The notes below the pieces were generated by a model. That model made no database searches and was not told the origin of the DNA. It saw nothing but the letters and a program-made list of their open reading frames with translations. From Pirellulales bacterium (GTDB lineage: Bacteria > Planctomycetota > Planctomycetia > Pirellulales > UBA1268), in the NCBI GenBank assembly GCA_016776925.1, contig JADHSL010000010.1, positions 264 to 64,263 on the forward strand: a stretch of DNA of 64,000 nucleotides, in the 5' to 3' direction. Positions 1 to 9,756 of the stretch are shown piece by piece. The translations under genes and the position numbers were made by a program. Numbering within the stretch: the stretch's first letter is position 1; every line of letters begins with the position of its first letter.

Positions 1-1633
1 CAAGTACACAGGCAACGTACGGAATCAGCCAGCCAGCGTTTTCAACCACCTGCAGCCCTGTCATCTCACTGACACTGCCGTCGGCAAGCTGAACCTTCGA
101 ATAGTTACTTTGAAAAAAGGTTTCTCCTCGGTAGCGGACCGGGTTGTTCATCCAGATTCGGCCGGGCTGCTCCGCACCGGTTGATTCATCCGTAAAGGTG
201 ACAAAAGAAGAATAGTCGCGAGGCGTTTCACTTGCTGAATAGTTAATCCGCCGGACATCATCGAGCCGGACCTCGTACGGCTTGTATGCCCGGCGAAACC
301 GTAACTGGATCCGCCATGGCCCTGAGGCGGTGTCAACTGTATCACACACATCTCCCTCTGCCTCCATGAATAATTGGCTACGATCATTCATGAACTGTGA
401 CACCAGAAAGACACCGAGATCTTTTCCGTCTTTTCGGTCAGTGAGTTGCACATACGCAGCCGCCACATTACTTTTTGAAGATGCGCCCCCTTCAGGCGGT
501 CTGGCAATCGCCAGCCAACGTGTACCAAGTCCAGCAGTAGCACGGTTCTCGGCAAATGGACCGACGCGAGTCACTGCCGCGTTTGTGAAGTACTCAACAA
601 TTTTTATATCAAACGGGAGATTCTCTAGCGCAAGAGCCTCGCCACCTTCACGAGCCTTGATCAACCGCCCGGAAATCGCAGTGACCGACTCTGTTGCTTC
701 GGTCTTTTCCGCTACCTCGACGCAGGCAAGTTCGATCTCATCTGTGCGGCACACCATATTCGATGCCTGCCCCTCAACCAAATTCAAGCGTTCTTCGATC
801 TGCCGATCACCGAACGCGAACTGACCAAACATGAGCATGCCGACAGCTATGTGAATCAGCACATTTCCACCGCGGGCACCAAAAACCATGATCAGACCAG
901 CCAACAGCACAAGCGAGGCGACACTTGACTGCATCAACTGCCACATGATCCGTAAACCCGGCTCGTTCATCCGCCATGATTCACCACCGAACAACATGCC
1001 GACAGCAGCACAGCCAGCACTGATCGCCGCAATGGCAAGTGAAATGCGAACAAGTCGACGCCGATTGCCAGTAAGAGCCACGGCTGCAAGGCCCACCGCC
1101 GCGACAGCTGATCCTACCTGCATGAGTTGCCAGACTGTCTCATAGGCGAGCGGTGGCTTTCCCTGCAGACCATCTGTTCGATGCCCTGTGAGTATGACCA
1201 AAAGAGCTAGAAGCCCACCGACAACCGACACCACCGTGCCCCACAGCAACCTTGAACCCTTTGAGGCAATATGAAAGCGGGTGGCCTTTGCCGCAATCAG
1301 ATTGATCAGGAGAATAAATCCAATCGTTGCGCCACCGGGAAATGGAAACCAACCGGTAAGTGATGATTCTCCAAAAACAGTCACCGGGAAAAAGTCTGAA
1401 AACGGCACTTGTGCGAACCAGCAATTGAAATACTCAGCCTTCACCTCTGGAAGACTCTTCTCATCTTGTGCGAGTGTCCCTACGAACAGGAGAAAGGTTG
1501 CTGCAAGAAACATGATGACCGTGATCTTCAATGACCCGAGTGCCCGCAACCCTTCCCACGCGGTCTTTTGGAGGGAGCCATCTGCGGTTCGAGATGAAGC
1601 CATCGATCGAATGGGCATACTACCTGTCGCCAT
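1..1633 (-). CDS. resB: Cytochrome c biogenesis protein ResB/Ccs1 (system II), C-terminus cut by window edge
   Basis: Absent from the ORF track because it runs off the left edge. My translation of the minus strand from ATG 1633 is stop-free down to position 2: MATGSMPIRSM...SLKITVIMFLAATFLLFVGTLAQ...YEVRLDDVRRINYSASETPRDYSSFVTFTDE...IWMNNPVRYRGETFFQSNY...GLQVVENAGWLIPYVACVL. The N-terminal TM with GTLxQ and the C-terminal TPRDYSS / MNNPxRYRGxTFxQS blocks are ResB family hallmarks. The short ORFs listed between 148 and 1688 are shadow ORFs of this gene. Confidence 0.8.
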   Translation of the reverse strand, partial: MATGSMPIRSMASSRTADGSLQKTAWEGLRALGSLKITVIMFLAATFLLFVGTLAQDEKSLPEVKAEYFNCWFAQVPFSDFFPVTVFGESSLTGWFPFPGGATIGFILLINLIAAKATRFHIASKGSRLLWGTVVSVVGGLLALLVILTGHRTDGLQGKPPLAYETVWQLMQVGSAVAAVGLAAVALTGNRRRLVRISLAIAAISAGCAAVGMLFGGESWRMNEPGLRIMWQLMQSSVASLVLLAGLIMVFGARGGNVLIHIAVGMLMFGQFAFGDRQIEERLNLVEGQASNMVCRTDEIELACVEVAEKTEATESVTAISGRLIKAREGGEALALENLPFDIKIVEYFTNAAVTRVGPFAENRATAGLGTRWLAIARPPEGGASSKSNVAAAYVQLTDRKDGKDLGVFLVSQFMNDRSQLFMEAEGDVCDTVDTASGPWRIQLRFRRAYKPYEVRLDDVRRINYSASETPRDYSSFVTFTDESTGAEQPGRIWMNNPVRYRGETFFQSNYSKVQLADGSVSEMTGLQVVENAGWLIPYVACVL

Positions 1634-1651
1634 AATCAGAACCCTTTGCCT

Positions 1652-2326
1652 TCAATTACTTGAGTCTGCTTGTTCCGCATTGATTTGAGGCAGTCGTAGA
1701 GACGCCATAAACGCAGCGAACCTCTTTTGTTCTTTCCGGGCCACTTCAGCCGGACCACGAAACTTGACGAACAAGGTTCTGTTTTCATCCATCGGGAGCA
1801 TGCCACCGAGTATTGATTCGCCGACTTTTTCATCATCTTCTACTGATTGGGTAAGTAAGACGATTGTTGCCTTCTGTCCCTGAACATCAACACTTCCGGC
1901 CTTTGCCATTGCCCTATCAACACGGTCGGCAATCTCTTCAGCAGAGGCGTCTTTATCGAGCTGCTTCTGCCACCGCTCAACATTACTGCGGTTGGTTCCG
2001 GAGGCAGGAATTATCGAGATCTCCTGCCCGTCCTTGCCATCTCCAATAGCAAGAGTTGCAAGACGCATGCCTGACGGCCCTGACACCTCAGCCCATCCCT
2101 CTGGAAGCGTGTAGTTAATCTGCCTTGACTGATTCAGACCGGTCGATTGACGGTTTGCCTGAGCTATATCATCTGCAGACAGCGTCTTTTCCTTGGGCAC
2201 GACATACCGACGAATGTCCGTGCTCTTGACTGCCGCGTCTGGACCGCATCCGGAAACACACGCCGCCACAACCATCAACACAAACACTTGTAATACTGAA
2301 GACGCACCACGCCCCGTCAGCGCCAT
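1652..2326 (-). CDS. Hypothetical lipoprotein
   Basis: ORF 1652..2404. The internal ATG at 2326 gives MALTGRGASSVLQVFVLMVVAACVSGCGPD, a signal peptide plus lipobox Cys. No catalytic motif seen. It ends 18 nt upstream of resB on the same strand. Confidence 0.55.
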   Translation of the reverse strand: MALTGRGASSVLQVFVLMVVAACVSGCGPDAAVKSTDIRRYVVPKEKTLSADDIAQANRQSTGLNQSRQINYTLPEGWAEVSGPSGMRLATLAIGDGKDGQEISIIPASGTNRSNVERWQKQLDKDASAEEIADRVDRAMAKAGSVDVQGQKATIVLLTQSVEDDEKVGESILGGMLPMDENRTLFVKFRGPAEVARKEQKRFAAFMASLRLPQINAEQADSSN

Positions 2327-2638
2327 CGAACAAATTGACAAATAGCAAGGGGTCACAGGTATTCCATTTCGAAGACAATCAATGAGGAGGATTTGTAAGA
2401 ACAATGTCGACTAACCTCGTGTTCTTATACATAGCACGTGTGCGAAACCCTCTCTCTTATAAAGATAGGCAATGAGCCGCTAAGAACACAGCCTCGTCAA
2501 ACAATCATGTAAATACCTGCGTTCCTGGACATATAATACACTGCAACGCGTAAAATAGATTGACATCAACCCACCAGGATTGAGCAGTCGCCACACTCCA
2601 GCCGTATCCGGCACCAGCAATCAAAACTTTTGTACAAT

Positions 2639-2670
2639 CAGTGCACGATTCATCCAGTGCACGATTCATC
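2639..2670 (+). repeat. Perfect 2 x 16-nt tandem direct repeat (CAGTGCACGATTCATC) just upstream of the bioA ATG
   Basis: Read directly: 2639-2654 and 2655-2670 are identical. Each copy contains the palindrome GTGCAC. The repeat ends 16 nt before ATG 2687. Confidence 0.9.
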
Positions 2671-2686
2671 ACTGTTGAAACCGACC

Positions 2687-4135
2687 ATGCCTAAGCACCA
2701 TCCAGACCAGAACGACCTGTACGCATGGGATAAAGATCTCGTCTGGCACGCGTTCACGCAAATGGCCGAGTACGAGCCACTCCTTATTGAACGCGGAGAT
2801 GGCGTCTATTTATTCGACACAGAGGGCAATCGGTATATCGATGGTTCTGCCAGCATGTGGTGTAATGTCCATGGCCATCGGCACCCACGACTTGATGCTG
2901 CAATCACCAACCAACTCGCCAAGGTCGCGCATACCACCAACCTTGGACTCTCAAATCCCACAACGGTGCGTCTTGCCCAGCGACTCGCCGATTTTACGCC
3001 TATCGGCCTCGAAAAAGTCTTCTTCTCCAGTGATGGTTCCTCAGCCACTGAGGCAGCGCTGAAGATTGCTTTTCAATACTGGCATCAGTCAGGGATAGAA
3101 GGGGAGGCCCTTTCTCACCGATCTCGTCAACACCGCACAAAGTTTGTTTCACTCGGCGAGGCCTACCACGGAGATACCCTTGGTGCGATCGGCGTCGGTG
3201 GCGTCGATCGATTCACATCAATTTTCTCACCACTGACATTCGAAGCGATTCGAGTGCCTGGCCCGGGCATGACTGATTCATTGTCATCGACTGGCGATGG
3301 TGGCCCTCGGATAGACCCGAGCAGCCGACACACCACGGCAGAAGCGACGCTCTCCGAACTTGAAAATCTCTTCAAAAACAAAGGGAGTGAAATTGCTGCT
3401 CTGATCATGGAGCCACTCGTTCAGGCGGCAGGTGGAATTCTTGTTCATCCCCCCGGATTTCTTCGTGCTGTTCGCGAACTAACCGAACGCTTTCAGATTC
3501 TGTTGATTCTTGATGAGATTGCAGTTGGATTTGGACGCACAGGGACCATGTTCGCCTGCGAGCAAGAAGATGTCTCACCTGACATTCTCTGTCTTGGAAA
3601 AGGACTCACTGCAGGATACCTTCCCATGGCTGCAACCATCACAACCGCACAGATATGGGAACAGTTTCTCGGCAGTCACCAGGACGGCCGCGCGTTCTAC
3701 CACGGGCATACATTTGGAGGGAATCCACTAGCTGCAGCAGTTGCATTAGAGTCTCTCGCGATTTTCGAAGAAGAAAGAGTGTTGGAACAACTCCCGGAGC
3801 GGATCCAGCAACTTCAGGATTATGTTGCTCGAATTTCTCAACTCCCTCATGTTGGCGACACCCGTCAATGCGGTCTCGTCGCCGGCATTGATCTTGTCGC
3901 TGATAAGAACTCGGGCCGTTCTTACCCCTGGGAAAGCAAAATGGGAGCAACTGTCTGCCTGGCAGCCCGGCAGCACGGCGCACTCTTGAGACAGCTCGGC
4001 GATACGGTTGTCATCATGCCACCGTTATCGATTCGCTCTTCAGAGCTTACTGATCTGCTCCATGCGGCAGAGTCCGCTATTCGGGAGACCACAGAATCGA
4101 CCGTAAGCCTCTCAAACGGCAGCTTGCTGTCGTAG
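2687..4135 (+). CDS. bioA: Adenosylmethionine-8-amino-7-oxononanoate aminotransferase (biotin synthesis)
   Basis: DKDLVWHAFTQM...IERGDGVYLFDTEGNRYIDGSASMWCNVHGHRHPRL, DEIAVGFGRTG and LCLGKGLTAGY (PLP lysine) match class-III aminotransferase BioA. The track start at 2630 is TTG. ATG 2687 (MPKHHPDQ) is more likely. Confidence 0.92.
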   Translation: MPKHHPDQNDLYAWDKDLVWHAFTQMAEYEPLLIERGDGVYLFDTEGNRYIDGSASMWCNVHGHRHPRLDAAITNQLAKVAHTTNLGLSNPTTVRLAQRLADFTPIGLEKVFFSSDGSSATEAALKIAFQYWHQSGIEGEALSHRSRQHRTKFVSLGEAYHGDTLGAIGVGGVDRFTSIFSPLTFEAIRVPGPGMTDSLSSTGDGGPRIDPSSRHTTAEATLSELENLFKNKGSEIAALIMEPLVQAAGGILVHPPGFLRAVRELTERFQILLILDEIAVGFGRTGTMFACEQEDVSPDILCLGKGLTAGYLPMAATITTAQIWEQFLGSHQDGRAFYHGHTFGGNPLAAAVALESLAIFEEERVLEQLPERIQQLQDYVARISQLPHVGDTRQCGLVAGIDLVADKNSGRSYPWESKMGATVCLAARQHGALLRQLGDTVVIMPPLSIRSSELTDLLHAAESAIRETTESTVSLSNGSLLS

Positions 4136-4148
4136 AACCACTACAGCG

Positions 4149-5984
4149 CTACGGCTGCGTTGGCCCTGTCACGATACAGTAATACGCCCCAACCTGTTTG
4201 CCATCTTCTGCTTGAAAGAATGGTGCAAGTTCATATGATCCGGGCTGAAGTGCTAGAGACATTTGAACGCCTGCACTGTCATTGGTGACCAATGCTGTTA
4301 CTTTCACATCACCATTGATTCGTAGACCAGCTGACACAACGGGTATTGCCTCACCAGGTGTTTCACGAAACGCTTTACTTGCTCCTGGCACAGCGGCACC
4401 CGCCGGAAGGCTACTGGCAACAGGCTTGTTGGCTTCTGTCGGCCACCGCCTCAATTCAAAGGTGTATGTACCGGGCTCCATAACTTTCACAGCCCAGAAG
4501 TTACCCATGTCTGCTTGACTTGGTTCGTTCTCCTCTTGCTTCTTTCGACGAGAGCTCTTCGGTCGATACCCCATTGCGGCTCGCACCATCTGTTGGTTCC
4601 AAGGTGGATAGCCACCAATCCAGTCATGACAGGTCAATGTGACACGTGGAGCCTCCCGTGCACCAAGATAGATTTCGGTCGTCTGTAGAAACGTTGGCTC
4701 CAACTCATCCCACCAGCTGTCGTAAAATACCTTCATCTTCTTAACCTGTTGCGGGTGAGCAGCAGCTACATCTTTTGTCTGCCCAGGATCCTTCTTGATC
4801 TCAAAAAGCTGTTCTCCGTTAACCAGCCTCCATTGCTGTGACATGACAGCCGTCTTCCTCCATTTAATCGGGTCGCGAATTCTTTGAGAGTCTGTCACAA
4901 GCATTCGATCCGCAGCGGCTGGTTCTTCACTGGGGTCAAGAAACGTTTCAATCGAAACACCGTCCCACCGCAGTGACTGAGGCTTCTTTCCTCCAGCAAG
5001 ACCAACAACCGTTGGCACAACGTCGACCGCATGACACAGCCTGTCGCACTGGTGCTTCGTATTCCAACCGGCTGCCGGCCAGTGTGCAATAAATGGAACA
5101 CGATGCCCACCATCATATTCACTGCCTTTCTTGCCACGCATACCGGCATTGAATATCTCACTGCCTGTAGCCGTGCCATTGTCGGTAGTAAAAATAAAGA
5201 GCGTGTTGTCAAAAACACCTAAGTCCTTCAAGTACTGTCGTGTTGCACCAACATTATCATCGATGTTTGTAATCATTCCGTAGAAGGCCGCAATCTTTTG
5301 ACTTTGGCCCGTGTACATGTCGAGATATTTTTGAGGGCAGTGAAGGGGACCGTGTGGTGCATTTGTACTGATATAGGCAAAAAATGGCTTTCCTGCATCA
5401 GCCTGTTCCTTCATAAACATCTTTGCCTGTTTGAAGAACACATCCGTGCAGAATCCCTCTGCTGGAACAATTGCGCCATTGTGAAAATACGAACCATCAA
5501 AGTAAGCGTTGTCCCATACATCCGGAGTCTGCCCGACTCCCCCACCACCGTGTCGATAGACTTCATCAAACCCACGATCTTCAGGACGATATGGATAATT
5601 GTCACCAAGATGCCATTTCCCAAACATTCCAGTGCTGTACCCATTGTCTTTAAGCAACTGTCCAAGAGTGATCTCATTCTCTCGGAGCATCGAGCGACCG
5701 TTAATGGTGTGCCATACTCCGGTTCGGTCAGTCCAGTGTCCTGTCATCAGTGCTGCACGAGTCGGAGAACATGTTGGCGCAACGTGATAGTCGGTCAGAC
5801 TGGTTGATTCCGCCGCAAGTGTGTCAATATTGGGTGTCTTGATTATTGGATTACCTGTGTGCCCAAGGTCTCCATACCCCTGATCATCCGCAATAACGAT
5901 TACGATATTCGGCTTTGGTTCATCACCACAGGCGAATGATAAAAATTGTAGGGAAAGGATAAAACATACGGTTAGACGAAACAT
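4149..5984 (-). CDS. Secreted arylsulfatase-family sulfatase with extra C-terminal domain
   Basis: Signal peptide MFRLTVCFILSLQFLSFACG, metal site IVIADDQGYGDLG, and formylglycine motif CSPTRAALMTGH (C-x-P-x-R). About 130 aa of C-terminal extension follow the sulfatase core. Confidence 0.92.
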   Translation of the reverse strand: MFRLTVCFILSLQFLSFACGDEPKPNIVIVIADDQGYGDLGHTGNPIIKTPNIDTLAAESTSLTDYHVAPTCSPTRAALMTGHWTDRTGVWHTINGRSMLRENEITLGQLLKDNGYSTGMFGKWHLGDNYPYRPEDRGFDEVYRHGGGGVGQTPDVWDNAYFDGSYFHNGAIVPAEGFCTDVFFKQAKMFMKEQADAGKPFFAYISTNAPHGPLHCPQKYLDMYTGQSQKIAAFYGMITNIDDNVGATRQYLKDLGVFDNTLFIFTTDNGTATGSEIFNAGMRGKKGSEYDGGHRVPFIAHWPAAGWNTKHQCDRLCHAVDVVPTVVGLAGGKKPQSLRWDGVSIETFLDPSEEPAAADRMLVTDSQRIRDPIKWRKTAVMSQQWRLVNGEQLFEIKKDPGQTKDVAAAHPQQVKKMKVFYDSWWDELEPTFLQTTEIYLGAREAPRVTLTCHDWIGGYPPWNQQMVRAAMGYRPKSSRRKKQEENEPSQADMGNFWAVKVMEPGTYTFELRRWPTEANKPVASSLPAGAAVPGASKAFRETPGEAIPVVSAGLRINGDVKVTALVTNDSAGVQMSLALQPGSYELAPFFQAEDGKQVGAYYCIVTGPTQP

Positions 5985-6218
5985 GATGTGATGCCTTAAG
6001 GGTGAAAAACCACGAGAACGATGCGTCGATACAGAAACAGAACTTGGTTTATACTACATGGAATTCCCCGTCCCTCCTTTTCTAATCGGGATTTGCACGC
6101 GAACTTTCGTGACCGTATGGCTGGCCCAAAAGTTTTTTAATTGAATGAAACAATTTTTATTTTTAAACGAACAATCAGATTGCTTTCCAAAACGACAGTA
6201 CGATAACATGCCAAAAAA

Positions 6219-7952
6219 ATGAAAACATTATTTTGTCACTACTGTACGCTATGTGGAAGCCTCAACAGTGGCCCACGCACACCCAATTCTTGCTGCGCAT
6301 CTTGCGGCCGATCTACCTACGTTCAATGTCCAGAGTGTAACGAACCATTGCTGGGTAAGCAGTTCCGCTGTCCTCACTGTCGAAAACAATTTACATGGGC
6401 CCACAAAAAACCGATCACTTATAATACCAAAGTAAAAAAAAGAGCTGACTACAGTATCCAGTCGCTCGAACCCAAATATGCAAGAAAAATTGTTGCTGAT
6501 AGTAACAAACACAACGAGCCCGTCCTCGTTGTTAGAAAATTATCACACCTTGGCAGAGAAATACTGTCTGAACTATCAGCTTTCAAGGGTGAATTACACC
6601 TGCCAGATGTGATGACATTGCAAGACATAGGGGACAGGGTGGCCTTCAAGTCAAATCTGACTTTTCTGTACCTAGATGGTTTACAAGATATATCCCCCAA
6701 ACGACACAGAGCCTATTTGAATATCAATGCACCGATATCACTTTGTAGCTTTCACAGAATTTCTCCAGAACTCGCTGATGTTATTAAAAACCGACGATTC
6801 CCAACTGTTCTCAACGGCATCTCCTATCTCGACGAACCGGCTGCCGAACTCCTCGCAACTACACCTGGGATACTTCGGCTCGATAATCTCTCCCAGGACA
6901 CCTGCCCTCTCAAATTAAAGGGTCGGTTTTTTGCGAGAGAATTAAAGGCTTTTTCTGACGAGTTAATAGAACTCTCACCTACTCTTGCTAGGTGCATGCG
7001 AGATGCCATTACGAAGAATACTTTGTCCCTCAATGGCATCAAGAAACTCTCTGCTACCTGCGCCAACGAACTCATCGGAGACCATGACTTACACCTTGGA
7101 GTAACCGATCTCGACGAAGAAGCAGCAGAAGAATTGGGGCATCACAAGGGGTCCTTGGTACTAGACAATGTAGTAACTACAACCGCTGAAGTATTTCAGT
7201 CACTTACAAAGTATCCCAAAAGAATTTCTCTCCGCAGTCTTAAATCACTGCCATTCGATGGCCTTAGAAACTTAGAAAAAAGAAGCAATGCAACATTGCG
7301 ACTCTTTTCTCTTAAAAAACTCAATGTAAACAAAGCACAACAACTTGCTCGTCTCCCTATACATATTGAACTTGATTCTGGTGCGGCACTTTCAACAGAA
7401 GCTGTTGAAATACTCAAAGATGGAAATGCCCGGTTTACAATCATGCAACCTGAATCAATTGACCCGGAGGTAATGCAGAGACTGGCGGCAGGTGATGTTC
7501 AAAATATCTCTGTAGACACAACAACAGAGTTACAGCGAAAGCTTTCGTCTCAGAAAAAAAGGCTGCTCCAAGACCCGAAACTAGAGCTGAGTCTACAAAA
7601 AACACTTTCCAAGCATGACCTTAAGGCCATCAATACCTTCCCCAAACATCTCCGTATCCGTTTCAATGAAACAGTTTTTTTTGATCTAGAAACAGCATCT
7701 CGAGTATCCCAATGCAAGGCAGATTTTGTTTTTCTGAAAACCGGCAGCCTAACCGATCGTGCTTTGTCTGTGATACTAATACACAACAATTCAATTATCC
7801 TCGGTGCATTCGAAGCGACCCACGAACAATGCAAAATAATTCGCAAGGAAAAAAAAGTTGGTGTATTACAAATACCATTGTTTCTTAACCTTGATTTAAC
7901 ACTGAACCAAATTAAAGAATTAAGACAGAACGAAAGAATTAAACTTAACTAA
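6219..7952 (+). CDS. Hypothetical protein: N-terminal double zinc-ribbon plus leucine-rich-repeat-like region
   Basis: The N-terminus has four Cys pairs (CHYCTLC...CCASC...CPEC...CPHC). The rest shows degenerate ~25-30 aa Leu-rich repeats (LSLNGIKKLSATCANELIGDHDLHLGVTDLDEEAAEELGHHKGSLVLDNV...). The ORF lies in a visibly AT-rich stretch. Confidence 0.6.
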   Translation: MKTLFCHYCTLCGSLNSGPRTPNSCCASCGRSTYVQCPECNEPLLGKQFRCPHCRKQFTWAHKKPITYNTKVKKRADYSIQSLEPKYARKIVADSNKHNEPVLVVRKLSHLGREILSELSAFKGELHLPDVMTLQDIGDRVAFKSNLTFLYLDGLQDISPKRHRAYLNINAPISLCSFHRISPELADVIKNRRFPTVLNGISYLDEPAAELLATTPGILRLDNLSQDTCPLKLKGRFFARELKAFSDELIELSPTLARCMRDAITKNTLSLNGIKKLSATCANELIGDHDLHLGVTDLDEEAAEELGHHKGSLVLDNVVTTTAEVFQSLTKYPKRISLRSLKSLPFDGLRNLEKRSNATLRLFSLKKLNVNKAQQLARLPIHIELDSGAALSTEAVEILKDGNARFTIMQPESIDPEVMQRLAAGDVQNISVDTTTELQRKLSSQKKRLLQDPKLELSLQKTLSKHDLKAINTFPKHLRIRFNETVFFDLETASRVSQCKADFVFLKTGSLTDRALSVILIHNNSIILGAFEATHEQCKIIRKEKKVGVLQIPLFLNLDLTLNQIKELRQNERIKLN

Positions 7953-8082
7953 CTTTGCAGGAAACTTTTGCTGAACCGCCATCACCGCACCTATCACAAG
8001 ACTTTTAAATACTAACTACGGACACTCAAACACGTATTACTCGAAACCCTAGGCAATCCTGTCTTTCCCCAGAAATATTTTC

Positions 8083-9735
8083 ATGAGCCTTTATGTCTTT
8101 GGGCATCGAAACCCTGATACCGATGCCATCTGTTCTGCAATCGCCTACGCCGACCTCCTGCGCCACACAGGCCAATCCGATGCAGTTGCTGCCTGCTGTG
8201 GAGCACCAAACAAACGCACCGAATATGTACTGAAAACGGCTGGCATTGCTCCTCCAAAAATAATCATGGACATACGTCCTGAAACGGAAGATATTTGCCG
8301 CAAGGAAACTATCACTGCATCTTTTGGCGATGCATTCTTTGAGGCGTATCGACGCATGCAGGAGTGGGACCTACGAGCAATCCCGGTCGTCGACAAAGAC
8401 AATCGGGTCGTCGGTGTTCTCTCAGTGCTTGACCTGATGGAACTTCTTTTCCGCGATGAGGGCGACCCAATTAAATCAAGAACTGTCACAACGAACCTCA
8501 AAAAGATCACAGAAGCCCTTGGCGGTTCTTTCCAGCATGAAGTTGACCCTGAACAAAGTGATGAACTTCTTATTATGGTCGGCGCAATGAGCTCTGACGG
8601 CTTCACTGCAAGAATGCAGCAGTTCGACAAAGATCGTGTCATCGTTGTCTGCGGCGACAGACCAACCATCCAACTCCCAGCCATTGAACAGGGTGTTCGT
8701 GGGCTTGTGATAACAGGCGGCTTCGGCCTCAGTCCTGGACTCATAGAACTGGCCAAGGCTCGTGGCGTCTCGGTTCTGTTGAGCCCTTTTGATACCGTCA
8801 ACACAACGACACGGATCCGGTCCTCTCAGTTTATTGACCCTGCCGTGAACCGCCAGGTTGTTACCCTGCCAGCAAAGATGAGGGTGTCGGAGGCACGCGC
8901 AATTGTCGAACGATCAAAACAACCTGTCTTCCCAGTCGTGGGAGATAACGGACTCCTTGCCGGCATTTCATTTAAATCTGATGTCATCAATCCACCCCGC
9001 CCCCAACTTGTTCTGGTTGATCATAACGAACTGACGCAGGCAGTTGCGGGGGTTGAGGAGGCTGACGTTCTCGAAGTTCTTGATCATCATCGACTTGGGG
9101 GCGGCTTGAAATCAGCACAACCAATTCGTTTCGTGAACGAACCGGTTGGGTCAACCTGCACACTCGTCGCACGACAATATCGAGATGCTGGAATCGAGCC
9201 AGAAGAGTCACTTGCACTGTGCATGGCTTCTGGAATCATCTCTGACACGCTCTTCCTAAAGAGTCCAACGACCACCACCGTCGACCGGACAATACTCGAA
9301 TGGTTGAGGCCGCGATGCTCAGTTGACCTCGATGATTTCGCACGAACTTTTTTTGAGATTGGTTCAGCGCTTCGAACGAGCACTCCTGATGGCGTCGTAC
9401 AGGAGGACTGCAAGGAATTTGTGGAGCGCGACATCCGGTTTTCGATTTCTCAGATCGAAGAGACGGGCTTTGATCTCTTTTGGGAAAGAAAGGATGAACT
9501 CCGAGTCGCGCTGGTTGCCTATGCCGACAAACACCGACTCGACTTCTCGGCGCTCTTGATTACTGACGTCGTGAGCAACGGCTCACTTCTTCTGTTGTCG
9601 CGGGAGACCGAAGCGTGGGAAGAAATTAATTACCCGAGAATCGACCCTGGTCTTTATGCACTCAAGAACGTAGTTAGCCGGAAAAAACAACTTCTGCCTC
9701 TTGTGACCCAACTGATCCAAACTGCTGTGCTCTAG
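8083..9735 (+). CDS. ppaC: Family II (DHH/DHHA2) inorganic pyrophosphatase with inserted CBS pair/DRTGG region
   Basis: DHH motifs GHRNPDTDAICSAIAYA, LVDHNE, VLDHHR and SGIISDT, with a C-terminal DHHA2 region. A CBS-like insert (LRAIPVVDKDNRVVGVLSVLDL) and a DRTGG-like segment sit between the DHH motifs. Confidence 0.88.
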   Translation: MSLYVFGHRNPDTDAICSAIAYADLLRHTGQSDAVAACCGAPNKRTEYVLKTAGIAPPKIIMDIRPETEDICRKETITASFGDAFFEAYRRMQEWDLRAIPVVDKDNRVVGVLSVLDLMELLFRDEGDPIKSRTVTTNLKKITEALGGSFQHEVDPEQSDELLIMVGAMSSDGFTARMQQFDKDRVIVVCGDRPTIQLPAIEQGVRGLVITGGFGLSPGLIELAKARGVSVLLSPFDTVNTTTRIRSSQFIDPAVNRQVVTLPAKMRVSEARAIVERSKQPVFPVVGDNGLLAGISFKSDVINPPRPQLVLVDHNELTQAVAGVEEADVLEVLDHHRLGGGLKSAQPIRFVNEPVGSTCTLVARQYRDAGIEPEESLALCMASGIISDTLFLKSPTTTTVDRTILEWLRPRCSVDLDDFARTFFEIGSALRTSTPDGVVQEDCKEFVERDIRFSISQIEETGFDLFWERKDELRVALVAYADKHRLDFSALLITDVVSNGSLLLLSRETEAWEEINYPRIDPGLYALKNVVSRKKQLLPLVTQLIQTAVL

Positions 9736-9756
9736 AGTATGGTCGCCAACAAGAAC

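Noticed and set aside
148-1688. Five short ORFs in the track (148-387, 282-824, 888-1145, 1140-1424, 1281-1688)
   Set aside because: All lie inside or antisense to one continuous minus-strand reading frame with clear ResB motifs, and their translations look non-protein-like. They are shadow ORFs of the edge-truncated resB.
2630-2686. Extended N-termini in the ORF track, here and at 28854, 37936, 42502, 50217, 55704, 58180, 59112 and 61947
   Set aside because: Several begin at TTG or GTG, overlap neighbouring genes, or add non-homologous leaders in front of conserved N-terminal motifs or signal peptides. Downstream ATG or GTG starts fit better.
8145-8804. 219-aa minus-strand ORF
   Set aside because: It is antisense to the well-supported DHH/CBS pyrophosphatase gene. 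Its Ser/Arg/Pro-rich sequence is typical of an antisense shadow.
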